A DNA stretch of 63,960 nt, counting the filler, from an uncultured Planctomycetaceae bacterium (GTDB lineage: Bacteria; Planctomycetota; Planctomycetia; Planctomycetales; Planctomycetaceae), in NCBI GenBank assembly GCA_963976765.1. It is 5 parts of 5 records of this genome, joined end to end, with 100 filler letters (N's around TTAATTAATTAA, not from the genome) between each part and the next. Parts side by side here need not be neighbours in the genome. Positions count along the whole stretch, not along the records: positions 1 to 19,483 come from CAXBME010000058.1; 4 more parts are not named here. The stretch is one strand, 5' to 3'. This document shows positions 1 through 9,315 of the stretch, piece by piece (position 1 is the stretch's first letter; every line of letters begins with the position of its first letter). The position numbers and the translations under genes were made by a program. Under the pieces are notes generated by a model. It saw only the letters and a list, made by a program, of their open reading frames with translations, searched no databases and was not told where the DNA came from.

Positions 1-53
1 GAATCTATCAACCCGCCGTCACCGGAACTTTCTACACGGCGTGGGACAATATC
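1..53 (-). mobile_element. Terminus of a repeated element (probable IS end) at the contig start
   Basis: 1-53 is the exact reverse complement of 19431-19483 (GATATTGTCCCACGCCGTGTAGAAAGTTCC...). Identity stops abruptly at 54/19430. The GATA..GTCC....GTGTA pattern resembles IS256-family inverted repeats. Confidence 0.65.
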
Positions 54-914
54 GTCTGTGGCCTTTAGGTTCTTATCGACTATTTCCAGAAGCATGTTTC
101 CCATTCCTTTCGGAGAAAAATACTCCTTCCACAGCAGTCTGGATGCTTCGGCAAACGGGGCGGGATCGATGTCTCTAAGTTTCTCAAGACCTGTGGGCGA
201 TGCCAGGTAGACATACTCGATTCCCTCTCGCATCGGAAACGGGTAAGTCGGGCGATAATTGAGGGCTAGAGGCATTCCAAGGCTGGAAAAAAAATGTTCG
301 CGTCGATTCTTCCCATCACAATATTTGCCCTTTAACCCTTGTAGAACCACTCCCCAGCGACACTCCTGCAAGAGTGGCATGAACTCCTCAACCGTCTGGA
401 CTCCATAAACGGGCCAGCCAAGTTCACTCATCTTTTTGATCCAGCGTCTCTTAGACCGTTTGTGGTCTCCAGAAAAACCACCGATGTATTTGTGCTCCCC
501 CGAAGCCCAGGTAAATGCCTGTGTTGGAAACGCGTCATATCCAAACATCGTCCAGGGGCGAATGATCAAGTTGTGTCGCTGCTCAATTTCTTTCCAGAAT
601 GGCGATTCGCGATATTCAATTTTCAGAATCAGATCAACCTGATTCAAAACATCCGCTCCCAGATTTGTTGGTGCCTCTCTGTCCCACGTGTCCACACCGA
701 TAAGTTGTCCATCGAGCCGCAGGAAAGACCAGTTTTTCCGAAAACGACGGCCCCTGGGAACTTGAGGAAAGTCCCCATGGACTATTCGAAACAGTTCACT
801 CTCAATAAGGGAATCAGTCAGGAATTTGTTCCAGACTGCCGTTCCATGGAAATGGCTGGGAATTTCCAGAACCGGTTTTTCGTGCCCTTCAGCATTAAGA
901 CATTCGTTGGTCAT
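1..914 (-). CDS. Glycosyltransferase-like protein; 3' end runs into the IS-like terminus and off the window (not in the ORF track)
   Basis: Own translation: ATG at 914, open to the window edge (MTNECLNAEG...KIEYRESPFW...CRWGVVLQG...KNRREHFFSSLGMPLAL...EYFSPKGMG). The C-terminal half resembles GT-B/CgeB-like domains; it sits in a glycan gene cluster. Confidence 0.6.
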   Translation of the reverse strand, partial: MTNECLNAEGHEKPVLEIPSHFHGTAVWNKFLTDSLIESELFRIVHGDFPQVPRGRRFRKNWSFLRLDGQLIGVDTWDREAPTNLGADVLNQVDLILKIEYRESPFWKEIEQRHNLIIRPWTMFGYDAFPTQAFTWASGEHKYIGGFSGDHKRSKRRWIKKMSELGWPVYGVQTVEEFMPLLQECRWGVVLQGLKGKYCDGKNRREHFFSSLGMPLALNYRPTYPFPMREGIEYVYLASPTGLEKLRDIDPAPFAEASRLLWKEYFSPKGMGNMLLEIVDKNLKATDDIVPRRVESSGDGGLID

Positions 915-1204
915 AGATTCTCACTCAACTGTTGTCTTCAGCAGTTGATGAAAACAGGCGGGGGCAGTTCTGGTATTCGATGCAGTCATCGTTGTGCTGT
1001 CTTCCAATTTCTCAGCGGTCGTAGTCATGCGCTTGTGAAAATCGATTTCGAATTATCAGGTGAATCCCTGGAGGGTGTCTGAATGCTCTATCAGATGTCA
1101 TCGCTGGCCTGGATTTGACATCACCTCGACGGACCAAATGCAGGCAGGTGAAACGTCGTCGGTCCGGAAGATCGGTGGGTACTGCGGCATTGCCTGACGA
1201 TACC

Positions 1205-1972
1205 TCATCTTTTCTGCCCTGTTAATCGGCCCAGAAACGCATCGTAGTCGGCACGAGTGTCGATCCCCGGCGGATGGTGGCTTACCGTTGCTACCTGGAT
1301 CTGCTCACCGGCTTCCAGCGGCCGCAATTGTTCCAGCGACTCAATCTGTTGCAGTCTTGACTCTGGTAGTGAATGCCATCGTCGAATGAAGTCCATCCGA
1401 TAAGCATAAATTCCGATATGACGGGCCCATGGGCCAACCGATAAGTCCGAGCGTGAGAGGTCGTAATACTCCAGAGATGGGATCACAGAACGGCTGAAAT
1501 AGAGTGCCGTCCCTTCACAGCTGATCGTCACTTTGACACAAGCCGGATCGAGCAGTTCCTCACGAGATGCAAATCGAGTCGCCGACGTCGACATTACTGC
1601 CTCAGGAGATGCAACCAATCTTTCCAGCATTGCCAGAACAGGCTCTTCCGTGATATCTGGCTCGTCGCCCTGCACATTGACAACAACGTCGAAGTTCCCC
1701 TCAATGTGACTCAGCGACTCAACGATTCGATCTGTCCCGGAAGCGTGAACTCCAGTCATGATGGCAGTGCCCCCGTGCTGATTGACTGCTTCCGCGATTT
1801 CACTGTCGTCTGTTGCGACAACGATTCTGTCGAAAACATTCATCTGCTGGACAGCGTTGAGTGTATGGCCAATTAACGGGGTACCACTTTCAGCCAGAAG
1901 TAGCTTTCGTGGAAGCCGTGCCGATGTGATACGGGCTGGAATCACGGCGAGAACTCTGATTCCTCGATACAT
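1205..1972 (-). CDS. kdsB: 3-deoxy-manno-octulosonate cytidylyltransferase (CMP-Kdo synthetase)
   Basis: IPARITSARLPRKLL, HASGTDRI, VVNVQGDEP, ALYFSRSVIP, HIGIYAYR, ESLEQLR, GIDT motifs. Confidence 0.93.
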   Translation of the reverse strand: MYRGIRVLAVIPARITSARLPRKLLLAESGTPLIGHTLNAVQQMNVFDRIVVATDDSEIAEAVNQHGGTAIMTGVHASGTDRIVESLSHIEGNFDVVVNVQGDEPDITEEPVLAMLERLVASPEAVMSTSATRFASREELLDPACVKVTISCEGTALYFSRSVIPSLEYYDLSRSDLSVGPWARHIGIYAYRMDFIRRWHSLPESRLQQIESLEQLRPLEAGEQIQVATVSHHPPGIDTRADYDAFLGRLTGQKR

Positions 1973-2115
1973 CGGAACGCCTTGAGTGGTAAATCATCGA
2001 ATGCGGCTGGATTGCGGACACCTGATCACACATACTGTGTTTGACGTGTGCTGTTTGCAACTCCAGAGGGGCTGTTCCTTTCATGGAACGACGTCAAAGC
2101 AGGACGGAGGTCGTT

Positions 2116-2505
2116 ATGGAATCTGATCAGGACACTTTTCAGGAACATTCGGAGTCCCCCTATCATTGGGGCTTGCCTCTGGACCACGATCGCTACATGA
2201 CCTTCTCAAAACGAAACCCGACCTGCGGTGATGAGATAACCTGGTATTTACGAATTCTGAATAATCAGATTCATAGTGCCTACTTTCAGGCAAAGGGCTG
2301 CCTGTTGTGCAGAACAGCTGCCTCCGTGCTGTGTCAGAATATCGAGGGGCAGTCTGTCGCCAGTGTTCAGCAGTTAGACTCGCAGGCAGCACTGAAAGGA
2401 ATCGGGATCAACGTGACACCTGGTCGGATTCAATGTGTCCTTATCTCGTTGACCGCAGTTCATGGATGCCTTTCATCAATCGAGTCATCACAGCATGACA
2501 CGTGA
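2116..2505 (+). CDS. SufU/IscU (NifU N-terminal)-like Fe-S scaffold or sulfur-carrier protein
   Basis: NPTCGDEI, GCLLCRTAAS, RIQCV motifs; GGAGG ribosome-binding site at 2106-2110 before ATG 2116. Confidence 0.8.
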   Translation: MESDQDTFQEHSESPYHWGLPLDHDRYMTFSKRNPTCGDEITWYLRILNNQIHSAYFQAKGCLLCRTAASVLCQNIEGQSVASVQQLDSQAALKGIGINVTPGRIQCVLISLTAVHGCLSSIESSQHDT

Positions 2506-4030
2506 AGGTAAGACCTCAGGCAACTCGGCTCACGCCGTCGAACTCCTGCGCCATCTGAAGACCACGTTCGATCACTGTCAACTGACTGGGGTTGAAGTTG
2601 GAGCTGGTAACGGAGCTACATCTGAGTTTCTTCTTCGCGAGATTCCGAGCCTGCAGATGACCCTCGTTGATTGCTGGTGTTCGTTTAAGAAAGGCAGCGA
2701 CTACTGGAATTCAGGTGATCGGTGCAGCAGATTTGATGAACAAACACAGCGGCAACACCATGAGGAAGCTCAAAATCGAGTTCGTTTTGCGCAAGGACGT
2801 GGGAGACTGTTACAAGCTTACTCCCTTGAGGCGGCTGGAGCTTTTGAGAATGAAAGCGTCGATTTCGCCTTCATCGACGCGGATCACACGTTTGAAGCGG
2901 TTGACAATGATCTCAAGGCATGGTGGCCTCGGGTTAAACCTGGTGGCGTGATCCTTGGAAAGGATTATGGCCATCGGCGTGACAGCATCGGACAATGGGG
3001 AATTTCTGATGCTGTGCACGCTTTCGCAGAGCGCCACAAGGTGAAGGTCTACTGTGAAGGTGCACGTGTCTGGCGAATTGATAAGCGCGATGAAGACGAC
3101 CTCCAGTCCCAGACTTCCTCTGAAACACGGCACCCTTGCGCAGAATCACCACTGGCTGTATGCACTGCATACTTCAATCCAGCGGGTTATCGTCGTCTGA
3201 AAGAAAACTACCGACGGTTTCGACAGAGCCTGTGTCGCCAGAACGTTCAGTTGTGGACTGTTGAAGTTGCCTTTGGCGATGCGCCTTACCAACTATCAGC
3301 TGACGAAGTGGCTTTACAACTGCGTGCCGACAGCGTGCTCTGGCAGAAAGAAGCAGCCCTCAACTTGCTGGTCAAATCTTTGCCGATCCACTTCGAAAAG
3401 ATTGCGTGGGTGGATGCCGATCTGATTTTCTGTGACGACAACTGGACTCATCACGTCGTATCAGAACTTGATAATTGCCCGGTCATTCAGTGTTTTTCCG
3501 AAGCAGCTTTCCTGGACAAAGATCATCGCGTCATATTTCCGGTTCGAAGCTCTCTGGCGAGAGCTCGCCTGGAACTCCACCCGTATCGCAATAATTTTGG
3601 ATTTTCACATCCCGGATTTGCATGGGCTGCTCGTCGTGACTGGCTTATCCAGGGCGGCCTCTTTGAAAATCACGTCACTGGGGGTGGTGACAGTCTAATG
3701 GTCCTTGCCTGGTTGGGGCTGTGGGAGCATCCGCACATGGGGCGTTTAAATGTTGCCCTGATAGATTCTCTCAGAAGCTGGCGTGAGCGATTTGGCCCGT
3801 CGGAGCCAGTTGAGCCAGGTTTCGTTCGCGGTTGTGTTGAGCATTTGTGGCACGGCGAAGAGCAGGACCGACTTTACAGTGAGCGGCTGAGCTGGCTCGC
3901 GGATCATCAGTTCAATCCAGAGACTGATCTTGAGAAAAATGAGTCTGGCCTGCTCGAATGGCGAGCAGGAAACAGCAGCCTCGCCGGGATTGTCGCGGAT
4001 TATTTTCACTTGCGTCGAGACGATGGGTAG
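2495..4030 (+). CDS. Class I SAM methyltransferase (Methyltransf_24-like) fused to a GT-A-like domain
   Basis: GVEVGAGNG, DFAFIDADHTF, WWPRVKPGG..LGKDY; C-terminal LWQKEAALN...IAWVDADLIF (DxD), GGGD, HLWHG. Start 2495 chosen (overlaps upstream stop); ORF open from 2462. Confidence 0.8.
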   Translation: MTREGKTSGNSAHAVELLRHLKTTFDHCQLTGVEVGAGNGATSEFLLREIPSLQMTLVDCWCSFKKGSDYWNSGDRCSRFDEQTQRQHHEEAQNRVRFAQGRGRLLQAYSLEAAGAFENESVDFAFIDADHTFEAVDNDLKAWWPRVKPGGVILGKDYGHRRDSIGQWGISDAVHAFAERHKVKVYCEGARVWRIDKRDEDDLQSQTSSETRHPCAESPLAVCTAYFNPAGYRRLKENYRRFRQSLCRQNVQLWTVEVAFGDAPYQLSADEVALQLRADSVLWQKEAALNLLVKSLPIHFEKIAWVDADLIFCDDNWTHHVVSELDNCPVIQCFSEAAFLDKDHRVIFPVRSSLARARLELHPYRNNFGFSHPGFAWAARRDWLIQGGLFENHVTGGGDSLMVLAWLGLWEHPHMGRLNVALIDSLRSWRERFGPSEPVEPGFVRGCVEHLWHGEEQDRLYSERLSWLADHQFNPETDLEKNESGLLEWRAGNSSLAGIVADYFHLRRDDG

Positions 4031-4146
4031 ACAGCCTGTGAAGGCCTGGGGCTGTTAATTTGGACGATAGTTTCTCATGCAACGGGTCTTCTGCCAGGCG
4101 GCAATGGGGCGAAGCATGTGATTAAAAATCAGACTGGAGTTTTCAG

Positions 4147-5808
4147 TTGAATCCCAATGTCAAAGGGTCACGTGGAGTCATCTACTTGCTGACTGGGGCT
4201 TCTCACGCAGTCCGTCTGGTCACGTCTCTGTGGTCATTGCGCAGGCATTATGACGGGGACATCACCGTCTTCACGACTCGTCCGGAGTCGCATCGGATTG
4301 GAGAATTCTGTGCTGGTGACCCTCGGTTGAAAGTGAGCCACTGCCAGCTTCCTCAGGAAAAGCTCCGAAAAAACGCATCCTATGTGGCCAAAACCGTTGC
4401 CATGCGTTCTGCTCCTTACGAGATAAACCTGTTTCTTGACGCCGACACACTCATTGTCGGAAATCTTGACGAACTTTTTGACGTGTCCTCCCAGGACGAG
4501 TGTATCGCAACACAATTTTCTAACTGGACGACCGGGCGTCGGGTCATTCAAAAGCGGCTCAATAGCTGGAGAGATTTAGACTCTGACCGATTCAATGCAA
4601 CCTGGATCAACGAAACGGTTGACCGCGCTCTTCAACCTCAGCCGGCAATCAATACCGGCGTGCTCGCATTTCGGCACGACGCTTCCATCCTTGAACCATG
4701 GCAGGCTTTGACACAACTTGGGCGACGAAAATTCATCTGTGACGAAGTTGCGTTTCAACTGCTGCTGACTCGACACCCACACAGAATCGGCGACTGCCGC
4801 TTCAACTGCTCTCCGGTTCATGGGGCCGACTCAGAAGACGTCCGAATCTGGCATTTTCATGGCGACAAGCACATCCGTCGAGAGTCTGGCCGGCGAATCT
4901 GGCTACCTGAATATTCTGATTGTGTCGCAAATAATGTTGCCGGTCTCGCCGAGTGGTCCCCTGACGCCGACACTCATTTAAGAGACTACCTGGCAACCTC
5001 GGCGACCGATTCAAGTATTGAGGTCTCGAATCAGTTCCAATCGGCCAGGACTCCAGCTTCGACCACGATCGTCACGTCGGTGAACCGGAAAACGGTAAAG
5101 CACCTGCGAGTCACACTACCTGCGTGGAAACGCAAACCTGACATTGCGGGTTTGCCTCTGATTGTATTTTGCGACGACGTTGCCTCGCAAAAACTGACAT
5201 TCATCGATCAGGAGTGGGATGGTCCTGTTCAACTTCGCACAACAACTGGCACGCCATCACCCGATGCCAGCCATGACGAAGCAACGACATTTTTGATTGA
5301 TGCTCCAGCAGCCGTTGAAACTGAGTACTGGATCAGAATCGACCCTTCTGTGCTTTTTCTCAACGACACACCACTCTTTCCCAATGTTGCCCCTCAAGTT
5401 GATACGTTCGGACATCGGTGGGGGTATTCTAAGCCTGCGTCGTGGCTCCTGGAGCTTGATAAATGGTTCTCAAAGACTTCATTTCGGACGGACTTCACAG
5501 GTATGGGAGAAGAGTTTGCTTTCAAAGAAGAAGCTGAGAAATTCAGACACAAACGTCTGACATCGTGGGTATCAATGCACCAGACTGAGTTTACTCGTCG
5601 GGTTGCTGCTTCCCTCGACGATGGTCTGCCGATTCCTTCGCACGACACGATTCTGTGGTATGTGGCTGATCGGTCCAGCGAGTTCGAGTGGGGAGCGACG
5701 AATCTCAAAAAGCGGGGAGCTTTGAAGATTCGATCGCTTCACAAGCTGAAGGAGACAGCTCGAACAGTGGGAAGTTCGGAATCAGGTAAGGAGCTCAGTA
5801 TTACTTGA
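4147..5808 (+). CDS. Two-domain glycosyltransferase (GT8-like N-terminal domain plus second GT-like domain)
   Basis: LFLDADTLIVG, INTGVLAF, IWHFHG in the N-terminal domain; the C-terminal domain is paralogous to that of 7252-9087. Confidence 0.7.
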   Translation: MNPNVKGSRGVIYLLTGASHAVRLVTSLWSLRRHYDGDITVFTTRPESHRIGEFCAGDPRLKVSHCQLPQEKLRKNASYVAKTVAMRSAPYEINLFLDADTLIVGNLDELFDVSSQDECIATQFSNWTTGRRVIQKRLNSWRDLDSDRFNATWINETVDRALQPQPAINTGVLAFRHDASILEPWQALTQLGRRKFICDEVAFQLLLTRHPHRIGDCRFNCSPVHGADSEDVRIWHFHGDKHIRRESGRRIWLPEYSDCVANNVAGLAEWSPDADTHLRDYLATSATDSSIEVSNQFQSARTPASTTIVTSVNRKTVKHLRVTLPAWKRKPDIAGLPLIVFCDDVASQKLTFIDQEWDGPVQLRTTTGTPSPDASHDEATTFLIDAPAAVETEYWIRIDPSVLFLNDTPLFPNVAPQVDTFGHRWGYSKPASWLLELDKWFSKTSFRTDFTGMGEEFAFKEEAEKFRHKRLTSWVSMHQTEFTRRVAASLDDGLPIPSHDTILWYVADRSSEFEWGATNLKKRGALKIRSLHKLKETARTVGSSESGKELSIT

Positions 5809-5812
5809 TGAC

Positions 5813-7123
5813 TCAGCTCGAAAAGTAGACTGCAGTCTTGTCCTTTGGAATGATCCCCCTACGGCGAGAGGAATGGATAGAGAGTTCAAAATCACGAGCA
5901 ATGCTTTCAGGAGTCAGAAGCCCTGATCGACACTCGATTGAATAGAGCAACGAGCTCTCATCGTCGTCATCACCTACGTTCATGCTCATTTCATTGAGAG
6001 CTCTGCTGGAATCCAACCAGTTATCAATCCAGACCGAATCTGAGCAATACAGCACACTCAACCCGAGGCACATTCTAACTCGCTGAGTCCGATTTTCCGG
6101 TAAGACTCTCACTCTTGATCGGCGACGGTAGGAGACCCCTGTTGCCTGAAAATCACCGTCAAACCGGCCGCCCTTGGATCGAAGTCGGTTCCACATATCA
6201 GCGTCAGGTTGCTGACGGACGCGACATCCGATATCGACGCACAGGAGCTCGCGGTGCGAGTCAAGCACTCGACGTATCAACCAGGGCCTGATATCTCGTG
6301 CCAGACAGTTCGGTCTTTCGTCCTGAAGTCGCTCCGTTAAGTCGATGACATGTTGCACACCAGAAGCATCAAGCAACGGTCGGTATTCAGCATTTGCAAC
6401 GACATGCAGTGCGTCAGACCGACTCCATTCGGATGTCAGTGCAGTCTTGATTTTTTCGACTGCTACAGGTGAATCAGGAGGAAGTCCCGACAAAAGACGG
6501 ACAACAACCGGTTCTGGTGATCGGTCGTCTTCTCGTAGCCGGGCAGGCGTCATGTTTTTTTGAATTGACCAGACATTGCAGCCGTGCTCGACAACATCGA
6601 GTTGCATGTGGGCAGCGAATTCATCGACAGCTTTTTTGACACCCCAATGGCCAGATCGATCCTTCGGGGAGTTGTAATCGTGTCCGGAAAGGATGCCGCC
6701 GTTCCTGATCTTTGGCCACCAGTTCTGGATATCGTTGCGAACCTGGTCGAATGTGTGATCTGCATCGATAAATGCAAAATCGAGTGATTGCTCTGGAACC
6801 AGGCCCACAGCTTCATCAGCCGAGCACCTGAGAATGTCTCGCCGGTCTTCAGCAAAGGCCGTTTGCTGGTATGCCATCGACATATTTGCGAATTGCTGGC
6901 TGGCAGACTGTCGTGCGGCCGAATCGCCGGATGCTGCATATGCCGATGACGGAGCTGGACGTTCCCACGTATCGATCATTAACAGAAACAGGGCCGGGTG
7001 CTTATCAAGCAGATGGCGTGACGTGTTCCCCCGCAGCGTTCCGACCTCTGCACCACGTATTGGTCGATCCCCCAGGGATTCAACCAGTTGTGAAAGCACG
7101 CCAGCATGTCCTGATCCACCCAT
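5813..7123 (-). CDS. Class I SAM methyltransferase (Methyltransf_24-like) with degenerate GT-like C-terminal domain
   Basis: GAEVGTLRG, DFAFIDADHTF, WWPKIRNGGILSGHDY; clear paralog of the 2495-4030 N-terminal domain. Confidence 0.8.
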   Translation of the reverse strand: MGGSGHAGVLSQLVESLGDRPIRGAEVGTLRGNTSRHLLDKHPALFLLMIDTWERPAPSSAYAASGDSAARQSASQQFANMSMAYQQTAFAEDRRDILRCSADEAVGLVPEQSLDFAFIDADHTFDQVRNDIQNWWPKIRNGGILSGHDYNSPKDRSGHWGVKKAVDEFAAHMQLDVVEHGCNVWSIQKNMTPARLREDDRSPEPVVVRLLSGLPPDSPVAVEKIKTALTSEWSRSDALHVVANAEYRPLLDASGVQHVIDLTERLQDERPNCLARDIRPWLIRRVLDSHRELLCVDIGCRVRQQPDADMWNRLRSKGGRFDGDFQATGVSYRRRSRVRVLPENRTQRVRMCLGLSVLYCSDSVWIDNWLDSSRALNEMSMNVGDDDDESSLLYSIECRSGLLTPESIARDFELSIHSSRRRGIIPKDKTAVYFSS

Positions 7124-7251
7124 GAAGATACTTACTTGCTCTTGCTTTAGGGCTCTGAATTGTGTTTGGCTGGTGACCGGAGACCGGTAGTCACTCAGCG
7201 ACTTCCTTTTCCATGAACCAGCTTCACAGTCGGGGCAGCGGCGGCAAGCAA

Positions 7252-9087
7252 TCAGGATTGTTTAAGCGGCTGCATGACTTCGTCGCATTTGGCTTTCAGC
7301 CGGCGGAAATGAGAGATGTGCTCCCATCCGCATTTTGCCATTCGGTATCTCCGATAATGATCTTTGCGGCGTTCGGCACAATAGAACAGGAACGTGTCGT
7401 GCGACGGGACGGGAAGCCGTCCGTTGACCCAGGAAGTGACCTGTTTGGTCCACGCTGTATTCCCGAAGAAGCACCACGAAATAATCCTTGCATGATTCAC
7501 CCGATCGGGCTTATCTCCCTGGGCCAATTCCAGTCGTGAGTGTTTTTTCAGCTCGGCGATCGTGTCGCCCCAGTCGTCAAGTCGGTCGATAGCCTCAGCC
7601 GGTTTGGTGTAGCCCCACGGGCTGCTGACAAATGCCGGAAGTCGACCATCCTCGTCCGCGGTAAACCATTCGGGTTCCAGCCATTCCGAGTTGTTGACGG
7701 CAACGACGTCGGTATCAAGCTTCAGGTACCATGATGTCTCGACACGTTCAGCAGCGACACGCACCAGAGACGTCAACATCTTCTCTCGTTGATTTTCGGC
7801 TTCAGGCATTTCCCATGAAACGAGGGTCAGCTTGGACGGGCTCGGCTCAAGCTGGATCGAGTTTGCGTCCAGCGAAGCATCGTGAATCAGAACGAGGGGG
7901 CATTCTCGAATGTCAGGTTTAAATGTTGCCCAGGTTTTCCAGGTAAGCTGCAGTTCCTGAAGGTGCTTCTCGTCGACCGCGACCAGCAGAGTCAGGTCGG
8001 CGAGGATTGCCTGCCGGGCTTCGAGCCTTGTCTGTTGTTCCTGAAGTTCTTTTTCGTTCGGAGCGATCTTTGTGACCAGGGGAGTCATCGGAGGTGATTT
8101 TTCCTGGCGTTTTTTCTCTTCCGATCTGCGCTCTTTCTCTTTGGCACGCTCGCGAGCCTGACGATCATAAAGGCCGCTCGTTTCGATCTTTGACGGAATC
8201 AATGAGGTGGCTTTGGCAATCGCCGCTTCGTAATCCATGTAGGGGAATGCGGTCAGGCCGCTATCCGGAGTGCAGTTCCAGATTTGCAGCCCGGCATCGT
8301 CAAAGTGTGGATTCAGCTTTTTGAATCGCTCATTCAGAATGCGGTAGATGCTGTTGTTTCCCTTGACGGAAGAGTCCGTTCGATCCTGGTCGAAGGCGTA
8401 GTTTTTCCCGCCCGACTTCATTCGAAAATCGCAGCCAATCAGATAAATCCGTCGCACGCCTAGAAAATACAGCATTCGGATGGCCACATACATGACTGAC
8501 CGCGAGCCCTTGTTCCCGTAGGCGTCAACAAGCTTGCCGTGATTGCCCCAGTTGAAGGTGTCTTCGTGCATCCACTGCTCGGCGACGAAGCTTTCATTTC
8601 GCCGATACCCGAATACGGCTGGCATGTCACCGACCAGTTCGCGTGACTCAACCAGGTCGCCGACTTCATCACGGACGACAAACTTCTTTTCCATGTGGCA
8701 AAGCGGGACGAACTTGGTAATCCCCGGGTCGTACCAGATTGCGTCTGCAAAATGAGTCGGATCATCAACACAGCACCACAGATTTGGTCGAACGACGGTC
8801 GCGGCATTGTTGACTCCGAATGTCAGGACACCTCGCGAGTTCAGCAGCGTCAGATCGTGTGAATCCAGAGACGGCCCTCCGCAGACGAGAAACGCCGATT
8901 GTCCTCGGTACATGTCTCCGAGGAAGACGTTGTGTCCGTCACGCGTGAAGAGCATCGGCGGTGTTTGCAGGAACTGTCCGACGGGAAAACCACTGTGCTG
9001 TTCGCGCGCCTGGCGTAGGCGTCTGTGGTCCGCGTTGTCGCGATACTGACCACCCAGTCCTGATGAAGGATGTGTCTCGTAGCCCAT
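7252..9087 (-). CDS. Maf/DUF115-like glycosyltransferase domain fused to a GT-A-like domain
   Basis: FLVCGGPSL, TFGVNN, RPNLWCCVD, LYFLGVRRIYLIGCDF, IWNCTPDS (Maf_flag10-type signatures); C-terminal WYLKLDTDVV, WGYTKPA, VPSHDT. Confidence 0.7.
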   Translation of the reverse strand: MGYETHPSSGLGGQYRDNADHRRLRQAREQHSGFPVGQFLQTPPMLFTRDGHNVFLGDMYRGQSAFLVCGGPSLDSHDLTLLNSRGVLTFGVNNAATVVRPNLWCCVDDPTHFADAIWYDPGITKFVPLCHMEKKFVVRDEVGDLVESRELVGDMPAVFGYRRNESFVAEQWMHEDTFNWGNHGKLVDAYGNKGSRSVMYVAIRMLYFLGVRRIYLIGCDFRMKSGGKNYAFDQDRTDSSVKGNNSIYRILNERFKKLNPHFDDAGLQIWNCTPDSGLTAFPYMDYEAAIAKATSLIPSKIETSGLYDRQARERAKEKERRSEEKKRQEKSPPMTPLVTKIAPNEKELQEQQTRLEARQAILADLTLLVAVDEKHLQELQLTWKTWATFKPDIRECPLVLIHDASLDANSIQLEPSPSKLTLVSWEMPEAENQREKMLTSLVRVAAERVETSWYLKLDTDVVAVNNSEWLEPEWFTADEDGRLPAFVSSPWGYTKPAEAIDRLDDWGDTIAELKKHSRLELAQGDKPDRVNHARIISWCFFGNTAWTKQVTSWVNGRLPVPSHDTFLFYCAERRKDHYRRYRMAKCGWEHISHFRRLKAKCDEVMQPLKQS

Positions 9088-9315
9088 CTTGTTTGCTTTC
9101 TTGCTGAAGGTGCTGGCACCGTTCAGGCTTTCAGTTGAACGTCATGTTTGCAAGATCGAATCTGGATGAATCTACAAATTTCGACAAATGCGAATCCTTC
9201 TGGTTAATCAAGTTGAAGGGCAGTTGTACTCAAGTTACAAGTTTTCACGTGAGTACAGCTTTTTTGTATTTGGCAGGCCGAAACATCAGCGACAGAAAAC
9301 AGACCAGGGAACATC

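Noticed and set aside
462..1082. 206-aa plus-strand ORF
   Set aside because: Shadow of the more protein-like minus-strand frame at <1-914.
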